Source of the DNA: Stegostoma tigrinum
Taxonomy: Eukaryota
DNA: 64,000 nt
Direction of reading: 5' to 3'
Assembly (NCBI RefSeq): GCF_030684315.1
Contig: NC_081374.1
Span: 25,709,978 to 25,773,977, forward strand
The notes below the pieces were generated by a model that was not told the DNA's origin, made no database searches, and worked only from the letters and a program-made list of their open reading frames with translations. The position numbers and the translations under genes were made by a program. Position 1 is the first letter of the stretch, and the number at the start of each line of letters is the position of its first letter. This document shows positions 1-12,545 of the stretch, piece by piece.

Positions 1-714
1 GGCAATTCAAGCCTCCTCCATATTGCACTTCAGTACCTCTGATCTCCAGTACTCGGCAGTGATTCCAATGAAACATCAAGAAATGAAAATCCATGCACTA
101 CAGCGGGAGGAAGATTAAATTGGAGTTGGAATCAAAAGTACGTTGATCACACATTCCAAAGCCGCTGTTACCCCCATCAGGGGTTCCACAGTTCACAGGG
201 TAACACGAATTCTCAAATTGTCTGTCGGAGTGCACAACTGTTTGGTGCTGAGCATAGATTTGGCGACGTGTCTGAATAAAAGCCAGGCAGAAAAGAACAT
301 TGTGAAAACTCATCCATGTAATCTGATGGTCACCATCTTCCGTAAATTCTTCCCACATTTTATTGGTGTCAGGAAAGAAAGAGACTAGTGACGCCAAACT
401 GACAGGCTGGTGTAGAAGAGCGATCCGACGGGTGGGGGAAGGAAAAAGATAACGCACGAACATTGGTAGTAAATCCGAAGAATGACCACAGCGAAGTATG
501 GAAGAAAGTAGAGATAGATTATCATTGGGTAGTTATGATATAGCTTAAGGCAGGCTCGCAAGAGGAAACTATAAGTCAGATGTTGTGTCTTTAGATTGAT
601 TTTATTGACTCTAGAAACATGCAATTTGTTTCGTATACGACAGTGGAATGGAGCACTAAAAACTCGCGTAAAAACATCAGGCGTCAATTGGTTGTACATA
701 TCCCTTTTGCGGAA

Positions 715-1220
715 TCTAGAATAGGCAAAATCATTTCAAAAAACGTGTTCTCCCAAATAGAAGGGAGATAGCCATTGTTTTTTTCTCTCCTTTCAGAGGA
801 TCGTGAGCCTCGTCCCAGAGAACGCGGATGTTTGTTTTTAAGACAGAGGTAGATAGATTATTGATGAACAAGGGGCACAAAGGTTATAGAAAAAGGCTGG
901 GCTGGGGGACAGGGAACTGGAGTTAACAGGTGTGGAGCTGGAGGAACACAGCAGGCCAGGCAGCATCACAGGAGCAGGAAAGCGGACGGTTTCGGATCTG
1001 AATATTTTACACTTCTTCTGAAGAATGGTCCAGACCAGAAACCGTCAGCTTTCCTGCTCCTGTGATGCTGTCTGGCCTGCTGTGTTCCTCCAGCTCCACA
1101 ACTTGTTATCTCAGACTCCAGCTTCGGCAGTTCCTACTACCTCTGAGGGAATTGGAGTTGATGCCTCATTCAAATCAGTGGGATTTTGCTGAATGGTCGA
1201 ACAGGCAGGCAGGCCTGAAC
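715..1220 (+). mobile_element. Old CR1-type LINE 3' fragment, interrupted by the PLE palindrome at 925-1145
   Basis: gaggtagatagattattgat...aaggttat and ttgctgaatgg...gcctgaacagcctact resemble the CR1 3' end at 37088-37455. Confidence 0.5.
925..1145. mobile_element. Palindromic PLE-tail mini-insertion with hammerhead-like core
   Basis: Inverted arms ~925-1000 and ~1017-1145; core CTGAAGA..GAAACCGTC; TSD AGGGAA(C/T)TGGAGTT at 911-924 and 1146-1159. Confidence 0.85.
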
Positions 1221-1929
1221 AGCCTACTTCTATTTCTAATTCATAACACGAGACACCAAAAAATGACTATCACGGTCCAGGTAGTTTCATTAAGCACAGG
1301 GTTTTGTTTTGAGAATGTCAAAACCTCTGACCGTGTAATGCAGATCATTTAGGGCGAGCTCTACATTCCAAAAGGAAATGGCAAATTGCGATTCCAACCA
1401 TAAAACATAACTGAATTACGTTTTATTTTAAATGACCAAACTGGTATATTGTTAGAAAATTTGATTCACCCACGCACCAAATTAAAACTGCAAATTAGAC
1501 CAAATTTAAGCCCATGGTCAGGTTAAAGCTCCAGTCATGCAGCGACTGTGTCCCTGTCACTGGACTTATATCGCGGATTCAATTCCCTAACATTTCTGAA
1601 CAGGTTGATTAGAAAATACCTAAGACTTACACTATAGCCGACATCACAAGCATTCCGTTTTATTACCTCCGCTGGCGCCTCCAGTGTTCAGGCATAGTCA
1701 TGACACTTTAGCATTCCCTCGATGTAAAAGAAGTCCATTGAGGCGCGCCAGTTCATTCTGCACTGATCTTCTACTTGATGGGCCGAATGAGCCGGACTCA
1801 TGACGTTCGTGACTAATTTTAACGTTCATTTGGCATGCCAAAGTGTTGTCAGAGAAATGTGAATCACCAAACATATACTGTATGCCAGAATCACAGTCAA
1901 TAAATATCACCTAATCATTGAGTCATAAT

Positions 1930-2345
1930 TTCATAGGAAGACTTTTAGTCATTTGAGTCCATGTCAGCTCTCTGGAGGACAATCTTACCAGTTCCATTCT
2001 CTCACTCTATCTCTGTAGACTTGTTTGTTTTTTTTTGTTGAAGGGCCATCGAACTTCCTTTCGAAATCATGCACCAGCTCCATTTCCAACCCGTCACAGC
2101 AGTAAGTACCAGGCAATTATCGTTTACTGTATCCCTTATCCGTGAAACCATTCTAGTAGCTCCCCTGTGCAACGTCTCAAGGGTATTCACATCCTTCCTA
2201 ACGTCTGGTGACCAGAATTAAATGCAATCCTCTAGTTGTGGCCTAAGCAAAACTATGCGCAAGTTTGGTGTGACGTCCCAACTTTTCTGCTTAGGAGACG
2301 CGCGGTTTCTGTTTTTTTGTTAACTGCTCCCTCAAAACGACCTGC
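1930..2345 (-). mobile_element. Old CR1-type LINE 3' fragment
   Basis: ttcacatccttcctaacgtctggtgaccagaattaaatgcaatcctctagttgtggcctaag matches the CR1 RT-end pattern; ORF fragment TLETLHRGATRMVSRI. Confidence 0.55.
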
Positions 2346-3565
2346 CACATCCAAAGATTATGAACTTGATAAAACGAAGTATTTTCACGTATGTCCCACC
2401 TCCCTGTTTCTCCTTCTCTAGTCACAGCACCTCACATTAATACGCAGAAGTACCTCCTTGGCAAATCTCTGCAACAGTCCAAAACGTTGGACTTATGAGT
2501 GTTTATTCAAAGCGGTCAGTGTCTTTTGTACTGTGGAGATATTTAAAACAATAGTAGATATAAGGAGCTCCCTGGATGTCATATCTAATCAATTTTGGCA
2601 TATCGCTCTCTATACTCTTCAGCGTTTTGCTTCCGATTTAGCTCTGAAAATAATCTCAAATATAGCGTGGATGTCAACGTATCGCAGAGACAGTGTAGTA
2701 TCCATACGTGTGTGGCACCTGGCTATCTAATTCACATTTAGGAGCGATCTCGTTACAGCCGATGAACGCGCAATGCTTTATGTCATATTATTACTTTGTA
2801 AATGTTGACATGGGCACCCATAACATCTGGATAGAGCCTTGGCGTCATTATCTCTTAACTCGGGTTTCATGTTTCTTGCTTTCCCCATCCTACAAAGCAA
2901 TTGCACCGGAGACATGAGCCGATCATGGCCGCAGGCCGACCAAGTGGCGACAGCTGAAGACAAATAGCATTCTTCGCAGTGCTGAGATAACTGCACCCGG
3001 AATAACAGGGTCTAATGAGGTCAACATTTACAGGCTTGTAGTTAGCACTGCACTAGGCAGGCATGGCTATTCACTTAGATTTATATAGAACATGACTGTA
3101 CATACAAAATGGTTCCTAGACATAAAATGCATTGGCCATTCTCCTGACAGTGCAACGCATTTAAGTATCATTTCACAGACATAAAGTTCACTAAATTGTG
3201 CATCTCAGTTTTGAAAACAAAGAGCTGGCCTATGTTTATTCAACAAGTTGCAATGAATAACCATCTAGGAAGAACGCATTCGGAAAGTTTATATTGAAAC
3301 TTTTAAAAAAAGTTTGGTGGTGGAACTTGAACGTTAATGGGACATTTTTCTGTTTCCATGTTGCAATCTCACCACTTCAATACCACAGACCTTACAAGCG
3401 TGTTGTGAGGCAGCGTTCATGAAAGAATTGTTGATCACACATCCCGTACGGCAACTAGCACTAAGGGCTCGCTCCCATCACTCAAGCTTTATCGATGCCC
3501 TTTATTTTGCAAAAAAAAACTGGCCAGAGAGGTGAAATCAACTGCTTTTAAATTGAAAAATACTG

Positions 3566-3579
3566 CCGCCACCTTGCGG
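3566..3579 (-). promoter_or_regulatory. CTCF-like motif
   Basis: Reverse complement CCGCAAGGTGGCGG matches CCRSYAGRKGGCRS at 13 of 14 positions; lies in the CpG-retaining domain. Confidence 0.45.
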
Positions 3580-5703
3580 CCTACAGGCAGCCCGCTAACT
3601 GAATACAGAGAGCTGTGCGGTCTCGAACCCATTTCAAATAGGGAGTGAAGGGCTCCTGGGCTTCAGCCTCGATCCATCAATTCCCAGCACGCGATGACGG
3701 GAGCCATTTCGGTGCCTAATAATAGAAAGATCGCACACCGCGATTACATTGAAACGGCTTACATTCCTTTCACATCCTTAACGCAGTAAAACATCCCAAG
3801 GCGATCCAGTGAAGAACAATGAAGAACGATTTCATAACGCGGAATGCCGTGTTCTCTACATTTTTGCACTACCGGTCCGCTTAGACGGACGCCAAGCTGT
3901 AGCATTAATGACAACCTGATGTCCGGCTAACTTTCAGATTAACGCTTTGCAAATTGATGGAACAGTTTTAGCATTACTACAGTACCACTAATGTTAGTGC
4001 AGTGACTAGCAGGAGTTTGTGCTATCTTATTTCCGACAATTTGTACATTTGAGCGAAATATTGATTTATATCCTGATTAATTATTGCAGCTGTTGCTATG
4101 AAAGTGTTTAAATACACGGGACATTTCATAAACACCCTCATGGTGGTTTAGACACAACACCAAGTCAAGGTTTTTTTGCGTACTTTAACCATATTTTGAT
4201 AGGTATTTACGTTTTAGATGCTGTAAACTGGAAGTCACCTGCTCCTTCTGAAATGAGAGACCTCGCATCGCGATTAATTGCTGGCTTTTTCTTAAGACGT
4301 TGCATAGCGAATTTAAGAAATCGAAACCATTTTCTAATAGATGTAGGCGGCTGCTCGCCCTATGTTGCTGTTGATTTCCGTGCGTTTCAATAAATGTACT
4401 GTTACTTGCAACGTACGTCTAGTGAAAGGCACTTAGAACCAAACGGGCTGATAATTACAGTGGGTCGATACAGCCTTCCTACTGGAGAAATGTCTCGACT
4501 ACACAAAAGCCGAACCTGAGTGGTGCTTTTAGATGGTTGATGGTGCTAATGAATCGATTCATTGTCAGTCTTTTAATTAAAAAAAACATGAAATATATTC
4601 AACTAGACCGTGTCACTGAGTGTTGGACTCCGTAAGGGAAATGTTTCTGCGCCGTTTACTAGCGGGTAGCGCTAACAATATTGTGTGCAACGCACAAAAG
4701 GTATTTGATACACTTCAGCAGACGGTCCCCTGCACACGCAGACAGCCAGCAAATGAAATAAATTCAGTTCTTCGGCCCTCGGATATGTTGATATCACTGT
4801 CATCTTTAATCAAATTGTCTCATAATAAGTATATATTTTTCAAATAATTTGGGAAGTATATTAATTTTAATATCATTGTTTTATCTTGTAGTGTAATATC
4901 TAATTGTGCCCTTAAACTAAACACAAAAACCCTTAATTACAAGCCTATAGCTTTAATTGCGTGGATGATTGACAGTGACCATTGGAAAGAACTGTCAACA
5001 TCTCAATACGGGTTAGTCCTTTTAAAAATGGATTGGCCTCTGATGGGTTGGGGGGAGTGTTTGTGGTTGATGATTACAGACAGAGAAGGGCTGTTGAGTG
5101 TTAATAAAATACAGTTCCAGCGCAGGATAAATATGCATTTTTTAAAAACTTGTGCTTCGCTAAAGGTTCACAAAATAAAAATGGGCAAGATCAGCCGCAC
5201 CATTCTGAATGATTGGGAACTTATTCAGTCTGGCTTCAAATGAGCTTTCTGGCACGCTTATAAAACAAACTTAACAAGTCAACCGAGAAGGAATTGCATT
5301 TCTCAAGCTGGAAGTTATAAAAATGATTCATGGTGGTTAGCGAGTGGGAGTACTTTATTTGCCACATCGTTGGCTGGGCTACCTTTAAAAAAAAACAATC
5401 TGCAGCAGGAACGTATTGTCCATCACGTCTTGCTCAAACTTTCTTCTCGCAGCCTCACCAGCATGAATATTTCAGTGGCACAACACTCAGTAAATTAAAT
5501 ACCCTTGACTTATTTATGGGCGATCGCAGCACTGGCAGGGTTAATTACGCGCTGTTGCATATCTGGATAATTACAACAGGCGATCAATAGACGCTGCCAA
5601 GCAATGACTAGCTGCAGTTGGCGACCTCATTGCTGCAGGGATCAAACAGTATGTTGTTCTTATAGCGTGGAAGAGGATGATAAAGGGCAGCGATCGGGGC
5701 TTT

Positions 5704-5708
5704 TATAA
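5704..5708 (+). promoter_or_regulatory. TATA-like box of the host gene
   Basis: ggggcttTATAActcag followed by CpG-rich cccgccgcg, about 270 bp upstream of the candidate ATG. Confidence 0.45.
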
Positions 5709-5973
5709 CTCAGACGCACATCCCGCCGCGTGGATCTCGGGCTCTATGTGAAGTGGATTCGCGCGATCGCTGGCACCCCAGGCTGGAGATTTACACAAGT
5801 GCCTTGTGTTTGGATAGTGTCTCTTTTTTTCATGTATACATCCCTTTGGAAATCGCTAGCTGACTTCTGGGGCTTGAATGTGGAGACAGAGAGATCGAGA
5901 TCTGCATGTGTGGTCCTGGTGCGGCTGAGACGCACAGAAGCTGAGCTCTGAAGCCGGGGGCAGGGATTCGAAC

Positions 5974-6067
5974 ATGCTGCCCGGCTGGAGAGGGCTTTGC
6001 ACTGGGGCAGGGGCAACACTTTGCTGCCTTCTCGTCTGGATCATCTACTCGCACTTAGTCAAAGAAG
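5974..6067 (+). CDS. Candidate first coding exon: signal peptide of a secreted or type I membrane protein (MLPGWRGLCTGAGATLCCLLVWIIYSHLVKE + 1 nt)
   Basis: ATG in AACATGC (A at -3); basic n-region then hydrophobic LCCLLVWIIY; 94 nt ending at a strong donor AAG|GTAAAT (phase 1); within the CpG domain; too short for the ORF track. Confidence 0.65.
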
Positions 6068-6505
6068 GTAAATGGTCGCCTAACGTGATAAATGGTACTG
6101 CAATATTCTGTCACTAGCTTTCCTTAAAGGCAGCCCTATAAAGTTCAAGTGCTTAAATGCCGCAGGGGGTTTTTTACAACCAACGGCACTCCGCTTTTCG
6201 TTGTGTTTCCTCCAAAGTCTCCTAATTGCAATATCTTTACTCCAAATACTAGTTTCGCCCAGTTCTGCTGGGCTCGAAGCTGATAGCAAGGAGCACCATA
6301 CGTGGCGCCTGTGCCCACTCAGATGAATGCATATCTGCCTTAGAAGCTTCAAGTCCTATACACGCCTGCGTAATCACAGTGAATATGTACGCATTCTCCC
6401 TGCGTATATGAGTATGACTGCATGTGTGTATGGTCCTTACATTATTGTATGTATATAACTAAACGCACTTGTATCCCAGCAAATTTAACCCCAGAATTGA
6501 ATGGT

Positions 6506-6527
6506 TGTGTGTGTGTGTGTGTGTGTG
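6506..6527 (+). repeat. (TG)11 microsatellite
   Basis: Direct reading. Confidence 0.95.
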
Positions 6528-7194
6528 GTCCGGCTGCAGCCCTTGCGAATTTATTTTCTTCTCCTGGCTTCTGTTGATCAAAGCGAGAGAAAAATAACTA
6601 GACATTTATTCTGTGCATGCCTGAACTCTTGTCTATTTTCCCTTGATAGAGGACCAGCTGAGTTTCAAAAGCAAGCTGTAGCGTTGAGTCCTGTGCATCG
6701 AGCACCGCAAATCACTTTACCCCGTCCTCCTAGCTGCTCACTGGTGGCCTAGCACCGGAAAATAACTGGTACAATTTTTGTTTTAAAAAGTAATCAGATG
6801 TTAGTTTCCCTAAGATAGTTGGGAGGAAATAGCACTGAATCGGGCTCCTGCGGAGACAAGCAGTTCCAAAGAGAACAAACTAAACCTTTACACTCGTGAC
6901 CAGCATACGGGCGACAAAGTTATCGCGGAACCATCATTTGCTGTGAATCATCTTCCCCTCTGTCACTATTTGGATATATAACTGCTGATTGAAGGTGTCT
7001 TGGCCGCGCTCCGGGCTCTCAACGGCCAACTTCACATTGAGCAGCGAATATTGGAGCAGCCATTCGAAACTGATAAAGATGCAAATTATTCACGCCTCGT
7101 GAACGAGCACGTGGAAATCATGTATGAGACGGAAAATGCTGGTAACAGTAAACGTTTAAAAGAATATGTTTTGCTCTGACCACAGGCTAGGAGA

Positions 7195-7312
7195 GTGAAA
7201 CGTTAACCCTATCTCCCAGGGTCCTGAAGAAGGGTAATACCCGAAACGCTGACTTCTCCTTTTCCTCCCGATGCTGTTTGGCTTGCTGTCTTCTTCCAGC
7301 CTTCTGTTTGTC
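7195..7312 (+). mobile_element. PLE 3'-tail fragment with degenerate hammerhead-like core
   Basis: CTGAAGA AGGGTAATACCC GAAAC GCT at 7224-7250, followed by a gatgctgtttggcttgctg...ccagc tail. Confidence 0.65.
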
Positions 7313-8179
7313 AACGCTACCTCCTTCTCTCTCTTTCCTCATAGCTGCCGTCTGATCCAATATGTATTTCGATCCTTCCTGGTTTTCTAATCTAATTTGG
7401 TCTTTATGAAGGACCTGCCACATTGCAGCTCTTGATTCCAATTTCCGAAATTCCGAAACCCTCGACAGTGTATAGTTTGGAATAAACTGTTACGTTCAAA
7501 AGTTTCAAGCGCATGAAATGATGCTGTAGGAATTTTGGTTTTTCACAGTCCCGGTTCCTCTTTCAATCGTATTACACAGACTTATCTCAATCAGATTGAA
7601 GTACGTTTTCCCTGCAAGGTGTACTGTATTGACGTGAAAGGCGTGAAGGCAAGGGAAAATGCATTTTATTGTGCCAGTGCATGAAAACAGCTTCCCTTTT
7701 ACAATTTAACTTCAGAGGCAAACCTTCAGACTTTGGATTAATTGGATAAGGAATCGATGGAAAAAGTTTGTCCTAAATTTTAACTAAATGTACAACCAAT
7801 ATAAATATATGTTAGATTTAGTTGTACATGTTTAGAAGGAATGAAATTAGTTGATATATCTCCATGAGAAAAGTACCTGTCACACAATCTTATTACTGTC
7901 TCATTATGTCTATGTTGTGTAAACGATTGAACACATTTTAGACATTACTGCAGATGTTTTGGATGCAAACAGCAATAGATGGAAAATGCAAACAATACAA
8001 CAGTATCTCCCCACGTTCCCCATGTCATGCATCTTTTCTTCATGGTGAGTGCCTCCAGCAGCCTGTTTAGGCTTTCTGCAATGTTGTGCTGAGCCTGTCA
8101 GTAGAGGGTGCACAAAAGCAGTGAGAGCTGACTGTCTAATTTTATCTTCCCAAACCAAGTTAACCAGTGTACCTTAGGA

Positions 8180-8261
8180 AGTCAAAGAACTGCAAAATGT
8201 CAACTTTCCTGCTCCTCTGATGCTGCCTGGCCCACTGTGCTCCTCCAGCTCCAGACTGTGT
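8180..8261. mobile_element. Short PLE-tail insertion with a very short inverted arm
   Basis: aaagaactgca (inverted tail end) joined to aaatgtcaactttcctgctcctctgatgctgcc...; TSD TACCTTAGGA at 8170-8179 and 8262-8271. Confidence 0.75.
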
Positions 8262-9876
8262 TACCTTAGGATGTGCTGCCTTGGATAAAGTCCAATGAAA
8301 TCAGGAATCCACCAAGTGTCAACTTGGATGGGATTGGAACATACATAGCCAAAAGTGCAATCCAAGGTTTCATTTGTGGAGTGCATGTCAATTCAATATG
8401 TGCCCTGCTCAGAGAGACTAAATGTTCACTCAAATTGTATGAATTCCATTCTTATACAATGTTTGTGAAGTTTGATTAGAAATCCACTTTGTTGCGCAAA
8501 CAACTGTGACAGCACTTCCCAAGCTACAGAAGACATTTTCAAGGACGGTTGAAATTATTCCTAGGATCTGAAGCTTAACCAGTATTTTAGCTTCATGTTG
8601 TTGTTGTTGACTTCTGCTGTACTTCTGGTGAATAAAGTTTGATGGTTTTGATTTGCAATGAGTTGACAGAACACTATAAAATGCACACAAAACAATTAGT
8701 AGCTTGAGCAATGGAGAGTTGAGTCCAGATTGCAGCTTTGACTAGTTGTTGTGCCTCAGGCAAATTTTGTCTGTTCCCAGATAGAACCATAGATGCAGCC
8801 TACCATAACAGCACAGCACTTCTATCAGGAATGATGCTGAGTAGACTCCTCTTATATTGCTGTGTAGGATGAGGAAATTAACTTGTTTTTCATAGTGCTG
8901 AAGTTGAACAGGGTGAAGGAGAATGATTTTGGTTAGGGCCAGCAGGAGAGAAGTGTTGTCTCATTCTATTAAAGATGTTTCTTTTGTGGTTGTGAGTATG
9001 AATTAGAATTAATGCTATCACAGAAGTAGGCGAGGGTGATTATGCCCTTCTTGATGAAATTTTAAAAAAGGGTGGAAAATAAACAAGGAGATGCTTTTAA
9101 AATGGAAAAAACACAATCTGCAAATGAGCTGCTTTACAATGGGATTGAAAACTAAAGAAAAATGAAAACATTAAATGACTCATACACAGGACGTATTCCG
9201 TTCTTAGGTTACCTAAGGATATTACTATTACTTACTGCAACCATCTTCCCAAAGCACTGTACTGAATGAATAGAAAAAAATATCTGTAATTCACCATAAT
9301 GGGTCTGTTCATAATCTATGATTTTCTACTCACTCTAAAGGGTGAAATTTAAACTTAATTAAAAATATGTGATATGGTGTAGGCAATGAAGTGGTAATTT
9401 TGAAGTTCACTGGCAAGTTGTTACTTGTCAGGAGTAAATTGCACTTGTAGGGAAAATACCAGAGAATAAAAGCTTTAGTATTCTGCAGAACATTTCACTT
9501 TGAAAATGTAAAGCAATTTGCAAGCAAAGTGAATACAAATATTTTGGCATGAGAAACTTTAAATCCTTAAAGAAGCTCAGTGAAATTTTCACATTTGGAA
9601 GAAATAGTTACAAATTAATGTAGCAAAGTGATGTGACTTGAATTTCTTTAATCAATATTTTCATTGCACCTACAACAGTTCTAAAGCAAAAAGGTTTACA
9701 ATGAGGAAGGAATGAATATAGAATGCTCCATATGCAGATTTCTCACTGAAGAAAATATCTGGCTCCGAAAGAGCTTCTGAGAAAACTCAGTTGAAATCTC
9801 ATTTTGATTTCACTCCATTAATTGTTGTTGTAAATTATAATTATTGCTGATATCAACATAGTGAGCCAATAAAAAT

Positions 9877-10130
9877 GGCAGCACGGTGGCTCAGTGGTTA
9901 GCACTGCTGCCTCACAGCAACAGGCGCCCATGTTCAGTTCCACTCATGCTAAATTGTCCAAAGTGTTCAGGGATGTGTAGAATAAGTGAGGTTATTAGTG
10001 GCATTGGAGGGGGGTGGGGGGGGGAGGGGCGCGGTGGTGGCGGTGGGTTGGGCCTGGATGGGATGCTCTGAGGGTCAGTGTGGGCTTGTTGGGTCAAATG
10101 GCCTGTTTCCGTACTGTAGGGATTTTATGA
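9877..10130 (+). mobile_element. HE1-type tRNA-derived SINE, internally deleted
   Basis: Head GGCAGCACGGTGGCTCAGTGGTTAGCACTGCTGCCTCACAGC and tail ggcctgtttcc..ctgtagggatt; homologous to 27097-27409. Confidence 0.8.
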
Positions 10131-11252
10131 AGAATGCATGATTTGTACAACTGTTGATGTTCCAATTTTTCTCAACAACTTTAAATTCACCAAATATAAG
10201 TCATCACTGAGAGACCCATATTTAACATCCACTGTCACATCTGCTGAGGAACATTATGGAGGCATTTTTCAGTCCTCTTAGCCATAGTTGTTCTGTGAGC
10301 TACAGAGGCTAAAATGTATGTGGGAAGAAATATAGTTATCACCTGAAGAAGAAATCTGACAAATGCTGGACTTTGCCCTGAATCAGATGATTTCTAAATG
10401 ATTGAGCTTATCTGAAAGTAAGGAATAGAAATAAGCTATACACTTCTGTTGTCCATGTTTTGGGTATTTTCCATCAATTTATACATTAGAAACGCTTCAC
10501 TCGGGCACTCTTTTCTGTTAGGCGGACAAAGGGGCACAGAATTCAGTTTGCAGTTCAAATCAATATTATTAACGATATATTCCTTATTAAAAACCATATT
10601 TGAGCATTTCCCAAATGGCTACTGTATTTATTATTTACTGAGCTCTATCTGTCTGAGGAAGAATATTACCCACAATGATCCATGTGTTTGAACTAGTCAG
10701 TCAGAATGTCCTCCCTGCCTGAAGGATTGCCTCTCTTCTGAGAAAGTAGGTCTTGCAGATCAGAGTGGACCTTCTCCTGGGTCGTCTTGAATTGTGGTCT
10801 TGCACCACAAGCCTTGTTGCAAGTTTTCGTGGAGGGGATGTCTTTCAGTTGTACTTTATTCTCTTCTCGCTTACTGCCCCACACCCCCCACCCAAAAAAA
10901 AATTGTGGATCTTGCAAAATGTTTTATGGCTTTGGCCAATGTGGTCATGAGCAGGGTTCAAAGCATCCAATGGGTGATCTCAAAACCCTTCACTTGACTT
11001 GCCAGGGTGGTGTAAAGTGCACATCCTCAGGCATTGGCTGGAAATCAAGGTGTCAGTCAGTCTGATACTTCTGCCTTGTGCTGGTTGTAACTGATTCATC
11101 CTAATCGTTTGTGATCTCCTTGATCTTGGTTTGGACTGTTCTCTGTAGCCAATAGCTGCAGTGTTATTTATTTTTGCCAATTTTCTATCTGCACTGGTTT
11201 TTTTTTGGCTGTGGATCAATTTGGAATGTCCAATTTTGGGCCAGTCGTCACT

Positions 11253-11908
11253 TAGAGTCGTAGAGTTACACAGCACAGAAACAGACCCCACGGTCAAACT
11301 CATCTGCATTGACAATTCTAATTATACTGATCTAGTCCCATTTGCTAGCATTTGGCCCATATCCCTCTAAATCTGAACAAACCTTGTATCCATCCAGATA
11401 CCTTCTCAATGTTGTAATTGTACTCGTTGCCTCCTCCTCGACTTCTGGCAGCTGGTACCATACACACACCGTCCTCTGCATGGAAAAAATTGCCCCTCAG
11501 ATCCCTTTGTTAAAATCTTTCCCCCTCACCTTAACTGTACACCCTTTAGTTTTCAACTCCCCTACCCTAGAAAAAAGACCCTGCCCCCCATGATTTTATA
11601 AACCTCTTTTAGGTCACCCCTCAGCCTCTGATGGTCCAGGGCAAAATAACCCCAGCCTATTCAGCCCCTGCCTATCTCCCAACCCTCTTACCCTGGCAAC
11701 ATCCTTGTAAATCCTTTTTGAGCCCTTTCAAGTTTAACAACATCCTTCCTACAACAGGAAAGCCAGAATTGAATGCAGTATTCTAAAATTGGTTTTACCA
11801 GTATCTTGTACAACTGTAACATGATGGTCCAACCCAACTCCTATACTCCGTGCACCGACCAATAAAGGTAAGCATGCCAAACACCTTATTTACTACCCCG
11901 CCTACCTG
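11253..11908 (-). mobile_element. CR1/HER1-type LINE 3' fragment
   Basis: catttggcccatatccctctaaa...aggtcacccctcagcctc...cctggcaacatccttgtaaatc pattern. Confidence 0.8.
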
Positions 11909-11934
11909 ATTCTAGGTATTGTAAATGAATCTTT

Positions 11935-12545
11935 TCCCATTTTCCAGTATTGGCCCATATCCTGCTAAATCCTTCCAGTTCATGTACCCGTCCAGATGTC
12001 TTTTAAATGTTGTAATTGTATCTGCCTCCATCACTTTCCATACATGCACCACCTCCAGTGTCAAAACATTGCCTTTCAAGTCCCTTTTATATCTTTCCCA
12101 TCTCACCTTAAACCTATGCAGTCTGGTTTTGGACTCCCCTACTCTGGGGAAAAGTTCTTGGCTGTTCACCCTATCCATGCCCCTCGTGATTTTATAAACT
12201 TCTAAAAGGTCACCACTTAGCCTCCGGTGCTCCAGGTTTAAAAATGCCCCAACCTATTCAGCCTCTCCCTTCAGCTCAAACCCTCTATTTCTGGCAGACT
12301 TAATTTTTTTTCGAACCCTTTCAAGCTTCACAAAATCTCTCCTAAAACTGGGAGATAAGAACTGAATGTAATATTCCAAAATTTGCCTCTCCAATGTCCT
12401 GTAAAGTTGCAACATCACCTCCCAACTCCTATACTCAAAGCAATGACCAATAGAGGCGATTATATTCTGTCTGCCTGCGACTCCACTTACAAGGAGCTAT
12501 GAACTTTCACTCAAAGATCCTTTCGTTCAGCAACACTCTCCAGGA
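11935..12545 (-). mobile_element. CR1/HER1-type LINE 3' fragment (second adjacent copy)
   Basis: Minus-strand ORF MDRVNSQELFPRVGESKTRLHRFKVRWERYKRDLKGN...FKRHLDGYM is a CR1 ORF2 C-terminus. Confidence 0.85.

Larger units (their letters stand above)
400..7500. promoter_or_regulatory. Broad CpG-retaining (likely unmethylated) domain around the host-gene promoter
   Basis: CG dinucleotides are visibly frequent here (e.g. cgcgcc, cgcgatcgc, ccgccgcg) and visibly scarce after ~7.6 kb except in young TEs; judged by eye, not counted. Confidence 0.65.

Noticed and set aside
98-463. 121-aa minus-strand ORF and overlapping 81-aa plus-strand ORF
   Set aside because: No recognisable domain and no convincing splice or start context
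5730-6054. ORF-track entries over the promoter exon
   Set aside because: GC-rich UTR by-products; the better candidate is the ATG at 5974 with the donor at 6067
5974-6067. Naming the gene (RET, EGFR, EPH, TGFBR2 or similar)
   Set aside because: Exon architecture fits several receptors and signal peptides diverge too fast to assign by eye
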